A stretch of DNA of 64,000 nt from a virus. Numbering within the stretch: the first letter of the stretch is position 1; each line of letters begins with the position of its first letter. This document shows, one piece after another, positions 11,044-21,638 of this stretch. Below the pieces are notes generated by a model that was given only the letters and a program-made list of their open reading frames with translations, did no database searches and had not been told where the DNA came from. Location of the stretch: positions 103,279-167,278 of the IMG/VR virus record IMGVR_UViG_3300045988_176782. One strand, given 5' to 3'. The position numbers and the translations under genes were made by a program.

Positions 11044-11097
11044 ATAATTAAAGAAAAATGAAATTTATTAGCATTATTTACTTATTTTATTAAGTCA

Positions 11098-11133
11098 AAC
11101 GCCGCAGCGTCTTGTTCATTCTGCGGCGTTTTG
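11098..11133 (+). terminator. terminator-like hairpin inside the leader of gene 11208
   Basis: AACGCCGCAG...CTGCGGCGTT plus TT, located between the promoter and the RBS. Confidence 0.55.
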
Positions 11134-11207
11134 GCATCTTTATTCTGAAAAGATGAATAAAGAAATTACCAATCGTCTGAAAAGACGACGATTAGGAGGT
11201 AATAATT

Positions 11208-13403
11208 ATGGCAAAACAACTTAACGCTCGTGTTCAAACTAAACGAGACACAGAACAAAATTGGAATTAGGCAATTAACTTTATTCCTAAAGATGGCGAA
11301 ATTATTATTTATAAAGCTGATACAACCGCGGAAGAGCTTCAAACTTTTTATGAAGCATATTTGGCGGAAGTTGAAGCACTAAAATTAATTACCAATACTT
11401 CCTCAACCGAATATCAAGAACAATCTGTAAAAGTTTCTGAAGCTCTCGCCACCTATAATAATCGCTCTACACGAATTGTGCCGCGTTTTAAAGTAGGAAA
11501 TGGAGAAAAATATTTAAAAGATTTACCTTTTGTAAATGACCCATTTGTAATTAAGGAAGAAGGTAAAGGTCTTTCTGAATGTGATTATGATAAGCGTGCT
11601 CACGATATTATTGAGAACTTAAAGCAATTTGAAGATAATAATACCGGTGAAGTTTAGTATACTGACACAAAATATACTAACGGCGTCGGATTGGGGCTAT
11701 TAGAGGATACAATTCCTTCAACTTCTCAAACCCATACTTTCTACAATACTGGTATTGTTTCTATTCAAGAAAGCGCCATTAATGGTAACATTTCTGTAGC
11801 TCGTGGTAATTCCAGCACCGATACCACTGTAAGTGATATTGCAATTCACGGTTTAACTCAAACTGCTTATACTTTACCTGAAACTTTTGCTACAGCAAAA
11901 GCGGGCGAGCGCGCAATGACGGCATTGCAAAATGTCGCTACTCCTTTTGAACCAGTAAGCGTAAAAGATTTAACAATTCAAAAGTTGTTTGATTTAGGTT
12001 TCTTAAATACATCTTCTATTCCTGATTCTGCCGCATATTTACTTTCAGACGAAGGAAAAGCTAAAAAAATAGAAGAAATTCCAAGCTCCGAAAACGGTAG
12101 TATAAGTTATTTAATTTTTCTTGGCCTTTATCCATATGATGTCGCCGCACAAACAATGCTTCGTGGTACAGTTAATTTACAAAAAATGGATGAGGATGAC
12201 AATCTAATTAACCTCTATGCGCCTGTAATTGGATTGGGCAAAATGGCTTATATTGATGAAGTTAATGCTTCCAATATTAACTTGGATACTTTGCCTATTA
12301 TGACAGGTGTTAGGAAAGTTGAAACTACTGATGAAGATGGCAACATTACCGAAACAACTTATCTTTCTGGGCATAAAGGTTTGGTTCCGACTCCAACAGA
12401 AAACGATTATGGCAAAGTTCTATTTAGCGATGGCTCTTGGCGACCAATTACAGATATTGCGATTAACATTGGTGATATTCCTTCTGGTTTAGCAACCGAT
12501 AATGAAGGTAAAATTTATAATAATGGTATATTAAATTTAAGTAGTGAAGAAAATATTATAAACTTTACTCAACTTCAATTAGATGAAGCTACTCAAAAAT
12601 ATCAATTAGTTTCCTATCAACTTGAAATTCCCGCAGCGGTATCTTGGACTTCAACACTTACGAGTGGAGAACAAATTGGCACTTTAACTATTAATAACGC
12701 TGAAAATATTTTATATGCTCCGGTTGCATCCGACAGAGTGGCAAAAGCAGGAGATACAATGACCGGACGATTAATTTCTCCTGCGATAGAAATTCGCAAA
12801 GACGCTTGGCCATAGCTTCTATTAAGCAATGCTTCAGGTGGTCCTCGTGGAATGATGTATGTAGCAACCAGTGATGGTAGTGTGGGTAATTTATATCTTA
12901 GAGCATATTCTTCTGACACAGAATATTCTCAAGCTTATTTAACAACTTCTGGAACTTTTTCCGCACCAAGTGTTGAAGGCGCAGTCTTTAACGATTACGC
13001 AGAATACCGTGCTTTAAAAGACCCAATTGAATCCTACGAACCAGGTTATTGTATGACCTGCAATAGAGATGGAAAACTTTTCCGCACTTCTTCTCGTATG
13101 CAACATTGTGAAGGCATTACCTCTGATACTTTTGGTTTCTCTATTGGCCGCACAGATGAAGCTACTGTTCCTCTTGCAGTTGCAGGTCGCGTACTAGTAT
13201 ATACTTCTGAAGACCCCTCTACTTACTATACTGGTCAAGCTGTTTGTGCTAGTAGGGGTGGCCGCGTTTCTAAAATGACAGATTCTGAAATTGCTCAAAA
13301 TCCTGACCGTATTGTTGGAATAGTAAGTGAAGTTCCTACATATGAAACTTGGGGAACAAATAATGTTAAAGTTAATGGTAGAATTTGGATTACAGTAAAA
13401 TAA
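11208..13403 (+). CDS. tail spike/fibre with Mtd_N-type N-terminus and Peptidase_G2-like C-terminal autoprocessing/chaperone domain; three in-frame TAG (11268, 11655, 12813)
   Basis: ORFs 11361-11657, 11691-12815 and 12852-13403 are all in the frame of ATG 11208. The C-terminus FNDYAEYRAL...TVPLAVAGRVLVYT...GQAVCAS...IVGIVSEVP is like the phi29 pre-neck appendage C-terminal domain. Confidence 0.7.
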
Positions 13404-13452
13404 ATTTGCCTATAAACAAAAATTATTGTAAAATAATTTTGGAGGATGAAAT

Positions 13453-14910
13453 ATGAAACAAGTAAATATTATTGTAAAGTCTTCTGTGCAAGAATAGGAA
13501 AAATTTATTGGAACTTATCCAGAAAAAAACCTATTAACAATTGATGCAGAAGGACAAATTATTCAAGATGATGTAATTACTCACGGTATAAAAATTGGTG
13601 ATGGCGAAACCAAATGGGATGATTTACCTTTCTTGAAGTTGCCGCCTGATATAGCGAATGATTGGAAAGTTTTAGCAGAAAGCGCGACCAATGGCCAACT
13701 TGTGACCTTACCTGATTTGAATTTTGCATATTTATTAATTGACGCAGAAAAACTAGATAACGCACAGTATACTGAAATTGTAAATCAAATTGCTTCTCGT
13801 AATATTGGTTTATATTTAGCCGCGGCAGAATCAGAAAAATCATTATACCCTGATGGAAGTCAAATTCAAAATTATGCTCTCACAATCAACACAGACGAAG
13901 ATAAACCATTCATAACTCAAGACCCAAATGGTGCAACTGCCACAAATAGTATAGTAGATAGGTTTATTTTTAATACTTCAAATGAATCCAAGTATAATAA
14001 AATTGAAGTGAAATTAAAAGATAGTGAAGCGCAAGAAAAAATTGAACAGCTTAAAGCTACGGTAGATGATAAATTTACTACTTTTTCTGAGCAAACTAAA
14101 AAAGATATTGAACAAGTAAAAAAAGATATTAAAGAATCCACCTATATTTTTGGTAGCAATAACATCCCCGAAGGAACCACAAGTGGCCTAATTCCTTTTC
14201 CTGAAGTAGAAAAACGAACAAAAGATTACTTCCTTTCTGGCGCAGGGACTTGGGAACAAATCATTCTTACCGCTGATAAAGTAAAATACACCACTCCGAC
14301 TGGTAGCCAAACATATGTTAAAGATGTGTTAGATGATTTATTGAGCGGTGCTAGTCTAAGTTTTGCTCAAGGTAGCGCGACAGACCGTCAGGTATTTATT
14401 GTTGGCGCGACACAAGAAGGTTTGAATAATAAAAAAACTACATTAAAATATAGTCCAAGTGTGTATCTTGACTGTAAGGATAATGTACTATATGGCGGCG
14501 CTTGGAATGATATTGCTGAATTTAGGGAGTCTTTTGATTCTTATGTGGCAGGAAACTGTGTATATGAAACTGCACGAGGCAAATTGATGATTTCTGATAA
14601 GCGTATGATTCCAAATAGTTATATTGTATCTGACACTTATGGTTATGCTTTGGGTGAGAAAGATATTGATACAGTTCCTGTTACTATTGCCGGTAGAGTT
14701 TTGGCTTATTATTTAGAAGATAAAAATGAACTAAAAATTGGTGATGCTGTATGCAGCGGTCCAAATGGTGCAGTTTGTAAGATGAAGAAATGGGAAAAAA
14801 TTTTACATCCTGAATGTATTATTGGCTATGTAAGTGAAATTCCTCAATATGAGATTTGGGGCCAACATAATACTTCTGTGCGCAATCGTATTTGGATTAA
14901 GGTGAAGTAA
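13453..14910 (+). CDS. second tail spike/fibre with Peptidase_G2-like C-terminal domain; one in-frame TAG (13495)
   Basis: GGAGG RBS and ATG 13453, same frame as ORF 13633-14910. The C-terminus WNDIAEFRES...TVPVTIAGRVLAYY...GDAVCSGPNG...IIGYVSEIP is paralogous to 11208-13403. Confidence 0.7.
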
Positions 14911-14911
14911 T

Positions 14912-15604
14912 ATGGTAGAAAAAATTACAGCTTCTTGGTTTAATAGAATTATTGATGCCATTAAGCGTTTAAAGAATTTAGGATTTGCTTTTTCTACAGA
15001 AGGAGTCCCAAATAAAATTACCATAAATTCAGATGGCACAACAGGAAAACTTTATACTCCTTCTGACTTTAGTGCGATTAATGCAATAATTCAACGAATG
15101 TCAACAGATGAATACTTACAGCAAACAAATAACGCTTCTTATCCTGCACAACAAATTTATTATAATACTGTTTCTGTCGGTAAGCGTGGGCAAAGACCGT
15201 TATTAGATTGGAAAAATCAATTAGATAGAACGGTTGATTCTTGGCAATATATTACTTGCTATCACGGAACTGCAAAAACGAATGGTGTAAATAGCGTTGC
15301 GTGCCAGCATGGGGCGAATAGTAATGGTGATAATACGAATGGTTATTGCCAAAGAGGATTAACTCCTTGTGACCATGGAACTAATCATGTTTGTAATACT
15401 AATTATAGTAGTCAAGGTAATAAAGGTTGGCATACTAAAACTTGCTCCAACGCCACCGTAAAAGATGGAAAAGGCAGCAACACCAATGGTATGTATTCCC
15501 CTAACGGCACAAATAGTAACGGTACTTTTGCTAACACTTGTCCTCACGGAGATTGTCAGCAAGGTATCGATATTAACATTCGTTATAAAACAACACAAGG
15601 ATAA
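14912..15604 (+). CDS. tail-fibre-associated protein with Cys/His/Asn/Gly-rich C-terminal region (candidate radical-SAM substrate)
   Basis: N-terminus KITASWFNRIIDAIKRLKN. C-terminus has 8 Cys in CxHG-type motifs (CYHG, CQHG, CQRG, CDHG, CPHGDCQQG) amid N/G/S/T. Lies directly upstream of two rSAM genes. Confidence 0.6.
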   Translation: MVEKITASWFNRIIDAIKRLKNLGFAFSTEGVPNKITINSDGTTGKLYTPSDFSAINAIIQRMSTDEYLQQTNNASYPAQQIYYNTVSVGKRGQRPLLDWKNQLDRTVDSWQYITCYHGTAKTNGVNSVACQHGANSNGDNTNGYCQRGLTPCDHGTNHVCNTNYSSQGNKGWHTKTCSNATVKDGKGSNTNGMYSPNGTNSNGTFANTCPHGDCQQGIDINIRYKTTQG

Positions 15605-15613
15605 AAGAAAAGA

Positions 15614-16954
15614 ATGAATAAAAATTTAAAGCATACTGTCTTAACTTTATTTCCTTCCGCAGTTTGTAATTTAAACTGTACATACTGCAACATTAGTAAA
15701 AATAAGGCTCTAATTGAAATTGATAAAGAATTGAAAGATTTCTTTAACGACCCAGATTATATAATGCAACGAGTGCATAAGTATTTTGAACCTTGTGCTC
15801 TTACCACATTAGAAACCTGGGGCGGCGAACCTTTTCTCCATATGGATAGAATATATAAGGTATTGCCGCGACTTGTGGAAGATTATCCATATTTACAGAA
15901 TTTCTTCAGTTCTACAAATTTTTCTTTTTCTACTTGGATAGAACAATTTTTTGGCCTGATGCACCAATTTAAGCAATGGCCAGACCGTCAATTTAATTAC
16001 AAACTCCAAATTTCTTGTGATGGCCCAACTGAATTAAACGATTTGGGGCGCGGAAAAGGCACAACTTTAAAGTGCTTGGAAAATTATGCCAGATTGGTTG
16101 AGTCTTTAGAAAAGAGATTGCCTGCTAATATCAATCTTTCTATTGTTCCTAAGCCTACTTTAAATTTAGAAACAGTTCGTTTATTAAATACAAAAGAAAA
16201 AATTATAGAATATTACCAATTCTTTGAAGATTGTTTTATTAATTTAGTTAATAAGTTGGAATTTAATAATGTTCAAGCTTACACAAACACTCCGAATATG
16301 GGCGTTCCTTGTCCAGCAACAAAAGAGGACGGGTTATATTTTGCTAAGTTTGCGAAAAATTGTGCAGAAGTAAGCAAACACGCAAAGAAATACTTCAAAT
16401 ATTATACTAATGTGCGACCTTTTTCCATATATCAAAAACAAACGAAAAACCTAACTTTCTATCAATCCTGTATTGGTTGTGGTATGGGATATTCTAATAT
16501 TGGACTTTTGCCGCAAGACAAAATTTCAGTATGTAATGAAGGATTTGTTCAAACTGTAAAACAATATAATGAACTACGCTCTCAAGAGCAAGAAAGCGGC
16601 ACAATTGAAAAGAAAACTCGTCAATCAAAAAATCAACATCATCTATGCTATAGTGATGATGAATATGAGAAGTTTGAAGAACAAATGTGTAATTTCTGTT
16701 ATACTGCAAATACATCAGTTTTGGTTGGTTTATGCAATCAAATCACTCTTTTGGCTTTAAGCGGCCAGATTGATAAACAATATATACAGCAATCTAATGC
16801 TCTTCACGCCGCACAAGTTTTAGCAGGAGAATACTTTTGTTTAAAAGATAATTATGACATTACAGGATCTTTTTCTCTTGTTCCTGTAGGGTTAATTCGT
16901 TTATTATTAAATGGTGCTTTGCCATATTTGGAGAATAATGATGAAAACATTTAA
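15614..16954 (+). CDS. radical SAM protein (peptide/protein maturase-like)
   Basis: CNLNCTYC (CxxxCxxC) near the N-terminus; additional C-terminal Cys cluster SCIGCGMG...VCNEG...CNFC. Confidence 0.8.
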   Translation: MNKNLKHTVLTLFPSAVCNLNCTYCNISKNKALIEIDKELKDFFNDPDYIMQRVHKYFEPCALTTLETWGGEPFLHMDRIYKVLPRLVEDYPYLQNFFSSTNFSFSTWIEQFFGLMHQFKQWPDRQFNYKLQISCDGPTELNDLGRGKGTTLKCLENYARLVESLEKRLPANINLSIVPKPTLNLETVRLLNTKEKIIEYYQFFEDCFINLVNKLEFNNVQAYTNTPNMGVPCPATKEDGLYFAKFAKNCAEVSKHAKKYFKYYTNVRPFSIYQKQTKNLTFYQSCIGCGMGYSNIGLLPQDKISVCNEGFVQTVKQYNELRSQEQESGTIEKKTRQSKNQHHLCYSDDEYEKFEEQMCNFCYTANTSVLVGLCNQITLLALSGQIDKQYIQQSNALHAAQVLAGEYFCLKDNYDITGSFSLVPVGLIRLLLNGALPYLENNDENI

Positions 16955-18338
16955 AGAAGAAAATAACGATTTTTTAAAGTTTTTGTTAAATGAAAGGTTT
17001 TTTAAGAATTGGAAGAAACCTTCAAATAATGGCAAAGACTTACATTCTATTTCTCAAATTGAGTTTTATATTACTAACCAGTGTAATCAACATTGTGAGT
17101 ATTGTTATTTATATAATAATTACAATATCTATCCAAAAGAAGCCACAGAAGCAAAAACAATTCTTAATAATCTAACTATGGTTTTTAATTGGCTTATTGA
17201 AAATAATTATTATATTCAAACTATTGATTATTTTTCTGGCGAAATTTGGCATACTCAATTAGGATTGGACATTTTGGATTTGACCTTTAAAGCTTTACAA
17301 AATGGTTTGCAAGTTAAACGAATAATGATTCCTACAAATGGCTCATTTATTATGAATGATGCGGTTAAACAGAAAATTCAAAACTATATCAATGCTTTCC
17401 AAGACCTTGGGACAAGTCTTCAACTGTCTTTTTCCATTGATGGTAAAGTAATTGACAACTTGAATCGTCCACGTAATGACAGTTCTAAATTATATACTGA
17501 CGAATTTTATAATAAAGTATTTGATTTTGCTTATCATAATGATTTTTTCTTCCATCCAATGGTTGCTGCTTATTCTATTGAAAAATGGAAAGAAAACTTC
17601 TATTGGTGGAAAGAAATGTGCCAAAAATATAATTGGTCAACTCATTATCGTGTAATGATGTTGGAAGTGCGCAATGATGACTGGACGGAAGAAAAGATTA
17701 AAACTTATTGTGATTTTCTTACATTTTTAATGGATGATTTTAGAGAAGAAAATCCTCAATATGCTTCAATAGAAAATTTTTCTGAATTTATCTTTGGTAA
17801 ATATATAACACTAGAAGAAAACTATACTTACCTTCCTTGGGTACTTGCGCTAACTTCCGATGTTTTTTCTTGTACAATACCGTGTCAATTATGTATTCGT
17901 TTAGGCGATTTAGCTTTGGCACCTTGCCATAGAACAGCATACGATAAATTTATCTATGGCTATTTTCAAACTCAAAATGGTCGCATCGTAGACATTAAGG
18001 AAAATAATTTTTATCTTGCTGAACGATTTCTTTATATGAGCAATATTTACGCTACTCCTCATTGCGATACTTGTGTGTATAATAAGTTCTGTATAAAGGG
18101 ATGCGCAGGTTCACAGTATGAAAATACTGGAGATTTATTCTTCCCTATTCCCTCTGTATGCAAATTAGAAAAAGCAAAAATTAATACAGCAATTAACTAT
18201 TATCAAAAGAATGGCATAATTGATTACTACAAAAATCTTCCTATTGACCATTTTATGTATTCAAGTGCCTCAAGACTTTTAGGAGAAATTTATGCTATTC
18301 AAAAAGAAACCGAAACTTATTCAATCTCTAACTCTTGA
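16938..18338 (+). CDS. radical SAM/SPASM-domain protein
   Basis: CNQHCEYC motif. C-terminal CTIPCQLC...APCHR...HCDTCVYNKFCIKGCAG is SPASM-like. GGAGA RBS before ATG 16938. Confidence 0.85.
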   Translation: MMKTFKEENNDFLKFLLNERFFKNWKKPSNNGKDLHSISQIEFYITNQCNQHCEYCYLYNNYNIYPKEATEAKTILNNLTMVFNWLIENNYYIQTIDYFSGEIWHTQLGLDILDLTFKALQNGLQVKRIMIPTNGSFIMNDAVKQKIQNYINAFQDLGTSLQLSFSIDGKVIDNLNRPRNDSSKLYTDEFYNKVFDFAYHNDFFFHPMVAAYSIEKWKENFYWWKEMCQKYNWSTHYRVMMLEVRNDDWTEEKIKTYCDFLTFLMDDFREENPQYASIENFSEFIFGKYITLEENYTYLPWVLALTSDVFSCTIPCQLCIRLGDLALAPCHRTAYDKFIYGYFQTQNGRIVDIKENNFYLAERFLYMSNIYATPHCDTCVYNKFCIKGCAGSQYENTGDLFFPIPSVCKLEKAKINTAINYYQKNGIIDYYKNLPIDHFMYSSASRLLGEIYAIQKETETYSISNS

Positions 18339-18531
18339 ACAATCTTGTCAAGGACAATTAACTACTACGGCGGAAAAAGTAGATATATATAGTGATGATA
18401 CTGTTGTTCGTTATTATACATATTCTATTCGTCATTTTGATAATATTGATGGCATTACGCCGCTTAATTATGTAGGACAAAAAATTTATAATCAGTTAAC
18501 TGGGTATAAAGAGGAATTGACGAATTCCTAA
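18292..18531 (+). CDS. hypothetical small protein overlapping the end of the rSAM gene
   Basis: AGGAGA RBS before ATG 18292; 79 aa; last ORF before the operon terminator. Confidence 0.35.
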   Translation: MLFKKKPKLIQSLTLEQSCQGQLTTTAEKVDIYSDDTVVRYYTYSIRHFDNIDGITPLNYVGQKIYNQLTGYKEELTNS

Positions 18532-18692
18532 AATCAAAATAGATGAGACGATATTATAGCAGTTAAGTTTATTATCCAATTCACGGGAAAGCGCTTAACA
18601 GTCGCAGAAGAAAAAATAAAACTTCTCTTCTAGTGTCGGCTCAATTGATTTATCTACGGCGATTTTAACAGGTGGTAATTCCATTACGAATT

Positions 18693-18723
18693 AAGAGGAC
18701 AATTTTGTCCTCTTATTTTTTTT
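18693..18723 (+). terminator. intrinsic terminator ending the structural/rSAM operon
   Basis: AAGAGGAC/GTCCTCTT hairpin plus a T-run. Confidence 0.8.
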
Positions 18724-18749
18724 ACAAAAAAGAAAATTTCGTGTATAAT
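18721..18749 (+). promoter_or_regulatory. promoter TTTACA-N17-TATAAT
   Basis: -35 at 18721-26, -10 at 18744-49. Confidence 0.6.
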
Positions 18750-18776
18750 ACAATTAACAAAGAAAGGAGCAAAGAT

Positions 18777-19091
18777 ATGAGACAAAAACATATAATTGAA
18801 TTAGAACACGAAGATTTTCAATATTTATTAGAACATTGCGCAGAAAAGCTCTGGATATCTAAATCAAATAAAACATATTATCTTGTTATTCGCGGCTCTG
18901 AGCTGTGTCCGCATTGTCATCAAAGGACAGGTTATGGTGTTGTAGGAGAATATAATAAAATTGTTTGTCCGCAATGTGGTTTTGAGAGAACATTAATTGT
19001 ATTAGATGATGGGAATGCAAACGTAAATTTAGACCACATAAAGGCAAGTTCTTTGCTTATTTTCAAAGACAAAGGAGTACGTCATGAATGA
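18777..19091 (+). CDS. zinc-ribbon protein
   Basis: CPHC...CPQC; AAGGAG RBS; N-terminus ELEHEDFQYLLEHC is paralogous to the next gene. Confidence 0.55.
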   Translation: MRQKHIIELEHEDFQYLLEHCAEKLWISKSNKTYYLVIRGSELCPHCHQRTGYGVVGEYNKIVCPQCGFERTLIVLDDGNANVNLDHIKASSLLIFKDKGVRHE

Positions 19092-19539
19092 TTACCATAT
19101 TACATTAAAACACGAAGATTTTATGTATCTTCTTAAACATTGTACTTATCATCCAAAAGACAACTTGCAGCCTATAGTCGTCCTTGATAGTAATATTTGT
19201 CCAAATTGTGGGACTGAAGATGCCTGGCATTATGATAATAAGTCATTAACTGTCTCTTGCGCTTCTTGTGGGCATAACCGTACTAATATGTATCTTTCTG
19301 GAAGTGCGGTTCCCAGTAAAGAGGGCGGTGGCGGTGAAGTTGGATGGATGATTCCATCGGTAATTTTTCTTGATGAAAACGATGAAAAATATTTTAAGAA
19401 AATTTGTAAAAAAGCACGAAGGGAAGTATTTGTATGGAAAATCAAAAACCAACCCTCATTGTTATGGTCGGAGTTCCGGGAAGTGGTAAAGATTACCAAA
19501 TTGAAAATAGTGAATTTCTTTACGCAGATGGAGAAGTAA
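19084..19539 (+). CDS. zinc-ribbon protein (paralogue of 18777-19091)
   Basis: TLKHEDFMYLLKHC, CPNC...CASC. Confidence 0.5.
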   Translation: MNDYHITLKHEDFMYLLKHCTYHPKDNLQPIVVLDSNICPNCGTEDAWHYDNKSLTVSCASCGHNRTNMYLSGSAVPSKEGGGGEVGWMIPSVIFLDENDEKYFKKICKKARREVFVWKIKNQPSLLWSEFREVVKITKLKIVNFFTQMEK

Positions 19540-19967
19540 AAAGAGAGGTCATAAGTCGCGACCTCGTGCGGTATGGGATGGTAAGGGAAGATGAAGAATA
19601 TTTTTGTCGTGAAAAGGAAGTTTTTGAACAATATATTCTTCAAATTTCTAATGCTCTTTCAAATAATAAAATTGTAATTGCAAATGCCACTCAAGCTAAT
19701 TATGGTAGCCGCAAAAAGCTTCTCCACGCTGTTGATGAAAAGTTTGGTCGCGATTACAATATTGTTATGTATTGTATTATTTGCGATTATGAAACTGCAG
19801 ACCGTCGTAATAAGCAACGTGAAGGTAGAGCTGTTGTACCAAGCAAGGCTATGATGGAAATGTTTAATAATTTTTCTGTGCCAAATCTTAAAGAAGATGA
19901 TAGGATTGAAAAAATTATCATTGAATGTTATGGTGCGTGTAGCATTATGCGGCGACAGAAAATTTAA
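19434..19967 (+). CDS. P-loop kinase-like protein (polynucleotide-kinase-like candidate)
   Basis: TLIVMVGVPGSGKD Walker-A-like motif; about 177 aa; directly upstream of a metallophosphoesterase. Confidence 0.55.
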   Translation: MENQKPTLIVMVGVPGSGKDYQIENSEFLYADGEVKREVISRDLVRYGMVREDEEYFCREKEVFEQYILQISNALSNNKIVIANATQANYGSRKKLLHAVDEKFGRDYNIVMYCIICDYETADRRNKQREGRAVVPSKAMMEMFNNFSVPNLKEDDRIEKIIIECYGACSIMRRQKI

Positions 19968-19985
19968 GGAAAGGAGAAAGAAGAT

Positions 19986-20777
19986 ATGAATCAAGTGTAT
20001 TTTTCCTCGGATTTTCATCTGGGGCATTTGCGCGAATTTCTGTTTAAGCCTCGTGGTTTTTCTTGTATCGAAGAACACGACCGCAATATTATTGCAAATA
20101 TCAATAAGGTTGTCGCAGAAGACGATATTCTTTATATTCTTGGCGACCTTATGTTAAACGATAACGACAAGGGAATAGAATATCTAAAGCAAATTAAATG
20201 CCAAGATGTCCGTGTTGTGCTTGGCAATCACGATACGGATAATCGTAAGACTTTGTATGAATCGCTTCCTAACTTTACTATTCTTGGTTATGCTCATCCA
20301 TTTAAATATAAGAAGTGGCGTTTTATGCTTTCTCATTATCCAATGGCTACAGCAAATTATGATGATGATGAAAAGCCTTATTTGAAGGTGCATAATATTT
20401 GCGGCCATAGCCATACCAAGAATCGCTTTGACGATAAGACTGGCTCTTATCATGTGGAGTTGGATGCGCACGAAAATTTCCCTGTGAGTATTGATGAAAT
20501 TATTTCTGATATTAAAAATCGTAAAGAAATTCAAAAAGTAGATACAATTATCCCTTACGAATGTTATACTACACACGAACACAGCCCTTTCCGTTTTGAT
20601 GGTAATTGTCCTCATTGTGGCCAGCCACTTATGATTAATAGATTAAATCTACACGATATGGAAGTATGCCTTGACTCTTATAAGGGATATTCTTATCGTT
20701 TTAATGGACATTTTGTATGTGAAAATTGCGGAAAAGAAGTTAATGAATTTCAAACTTATTGGGGTGAGTTAAAGTGA
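19986..20777 (+). CDS. calcineurin-type metallophosphoesterase with C-terminal zinc ribbon
   Basis: SDFHLGH, LGDLMLND, LGNHD and GHSH motifs; CPHCG...CENCG. Confidence 0.8.
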   Translation: MNQVYFSSDFHLGHLREFLFKPRGFSCIEEHDRNIIANINKVVAEDDILYILGDLMLNDNDKGIEYLKQIKCQDVRVVLGNHDTDNRKTLYESLPNFTILGYAHPFKYKKWRFMLSHYPMATANYDDDEKPYLKVHNICGHSHTKNRFDDKTGSYHVELDAHENFPVSIDEIISDIKNRKEIQKVDTIIPYECYTTHEHSPFRFDGNCPHCGQPLMINRLNLHDMEVCLDSYKGYSYRFNGHFVCENCGKEVNEFQTYWGELK

Positions 20778-21064
20778 AGCGGCGAAAGAAAACGGTTGGA
20801 ACAAAAGTTTCTTCAGAAATTAAAACGCTATATAATAATATTATTAGAACCCATATTGTTTTATTGCACAAAACGAATAAATATGAATATTATTTTAGTC
20901 AAATATTTAATGATGCGCAATTATTAGAACTATTAAGCTTATTTAACAAGCATGGATTCCAATCCACCGCGACTCGTATTGCGTCAGTTCAAGGAACAAG
21001 TTGTAATAATTGGTTATTTCACATTACTTGGGAGAAAGGAAAAATTGATTTATGCTTAGAATGA
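20774..21064 (+). CDS. small early protein, member of a tandem paralogue array
   Basis: About 96 aa; C-terminal pattern L...GF......I.W shared with neighbours. Confidence 0.5.
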   Translation: MKRRKKTVGTKVSSEIKTLYNNIIRTHIVLLHKTNKYEYYFSQIFNDAQLLELLSLFNKHGFQSTATRIASVQGTSCNNWLFHITWEKGKIDLCLE

Positions 21065-21345
21065 CTGCACATGACGCTTATAATGAAGCAACGAGACAAG
21101 AAGATGGTTTTTTCTCTACTTTATATGAAGCTATTCAAGACAAAATTCTTGAAGCTACAAAAAAGAAGCAATTGCAAATGACTACACCTATTTATGCTTC
21201 TTTGGAAGAACTTTTTGAAGCTTTAAATATGCTTGAAAATGATGGATTTCAAACAACTGTTAGAATTATTAAATACGATGAAAAGCAACTTCCATATGTT
21301 GAAACAAGTGTTAGCGTTAATTGGTGTAATGAATTCCGTGATTAA
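21052..21345 (+). CDS. small early protein, tandem array member
   Basis: MTAHDAYNEA...LENDGFQTTV...VNW. Confidence 0.55.
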   Translation: MLRMTAHDAYNEATRQEDGFFSTLYEAIQDKILEATKKKQLQMTTPIYASLEELFEALNMLENDGFQTTVRIIKYDEKQLPYVETSVSVNWCNEFRD

Positions 21346-21365
21346 AACAAATTGGAGATTAATCT

Positions 21366-21638
21366 ATGAAACTACCAACAGCACAAGAAGCACGGGCGTG
21401 GAGTAATTATAAGTATGACGACCCGTTTATGTATATCTTAACAAAAATTTATGATGCGATTTCTAAACATCAGACTTCTACATTAATTATTTTTTCAAAT
21501 AAATACGCAAATGATGAATTAATGACACTTTATGTTGCTAATTTAGAACACAATGGTTATTCTGCATTTTACAGTAAATGGGAAGGTTTATATCACTTAT
21601 ATATTAATTGGTATGGAGAAGAAAATGATACAATTTAA
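21366..21638 (+). CDS. small early protein, tandem array member
   Basis: PTAQEARAWS...LEHNGYSAFY...INW. Confidence 0.55.
   Translation: MKLPTAQEARAWSNYKYDDPFMYILTKIYDAISKHQTSTLIIFSNKYANDELMTLYVANLEHNGYSAFYSKWEGLYHLYINWYGEENDTI

Noticed and set aside
19230-20615. Minus-strand ORFs 19230-19643, 19659-20078 and 20184-20615.
   Set aside because: They are antisense to the kinase and phosphoesterase genes. Their Ile/Phe/Asn-rich translations are typical of the reverse strand of AT-rich coding sequence.
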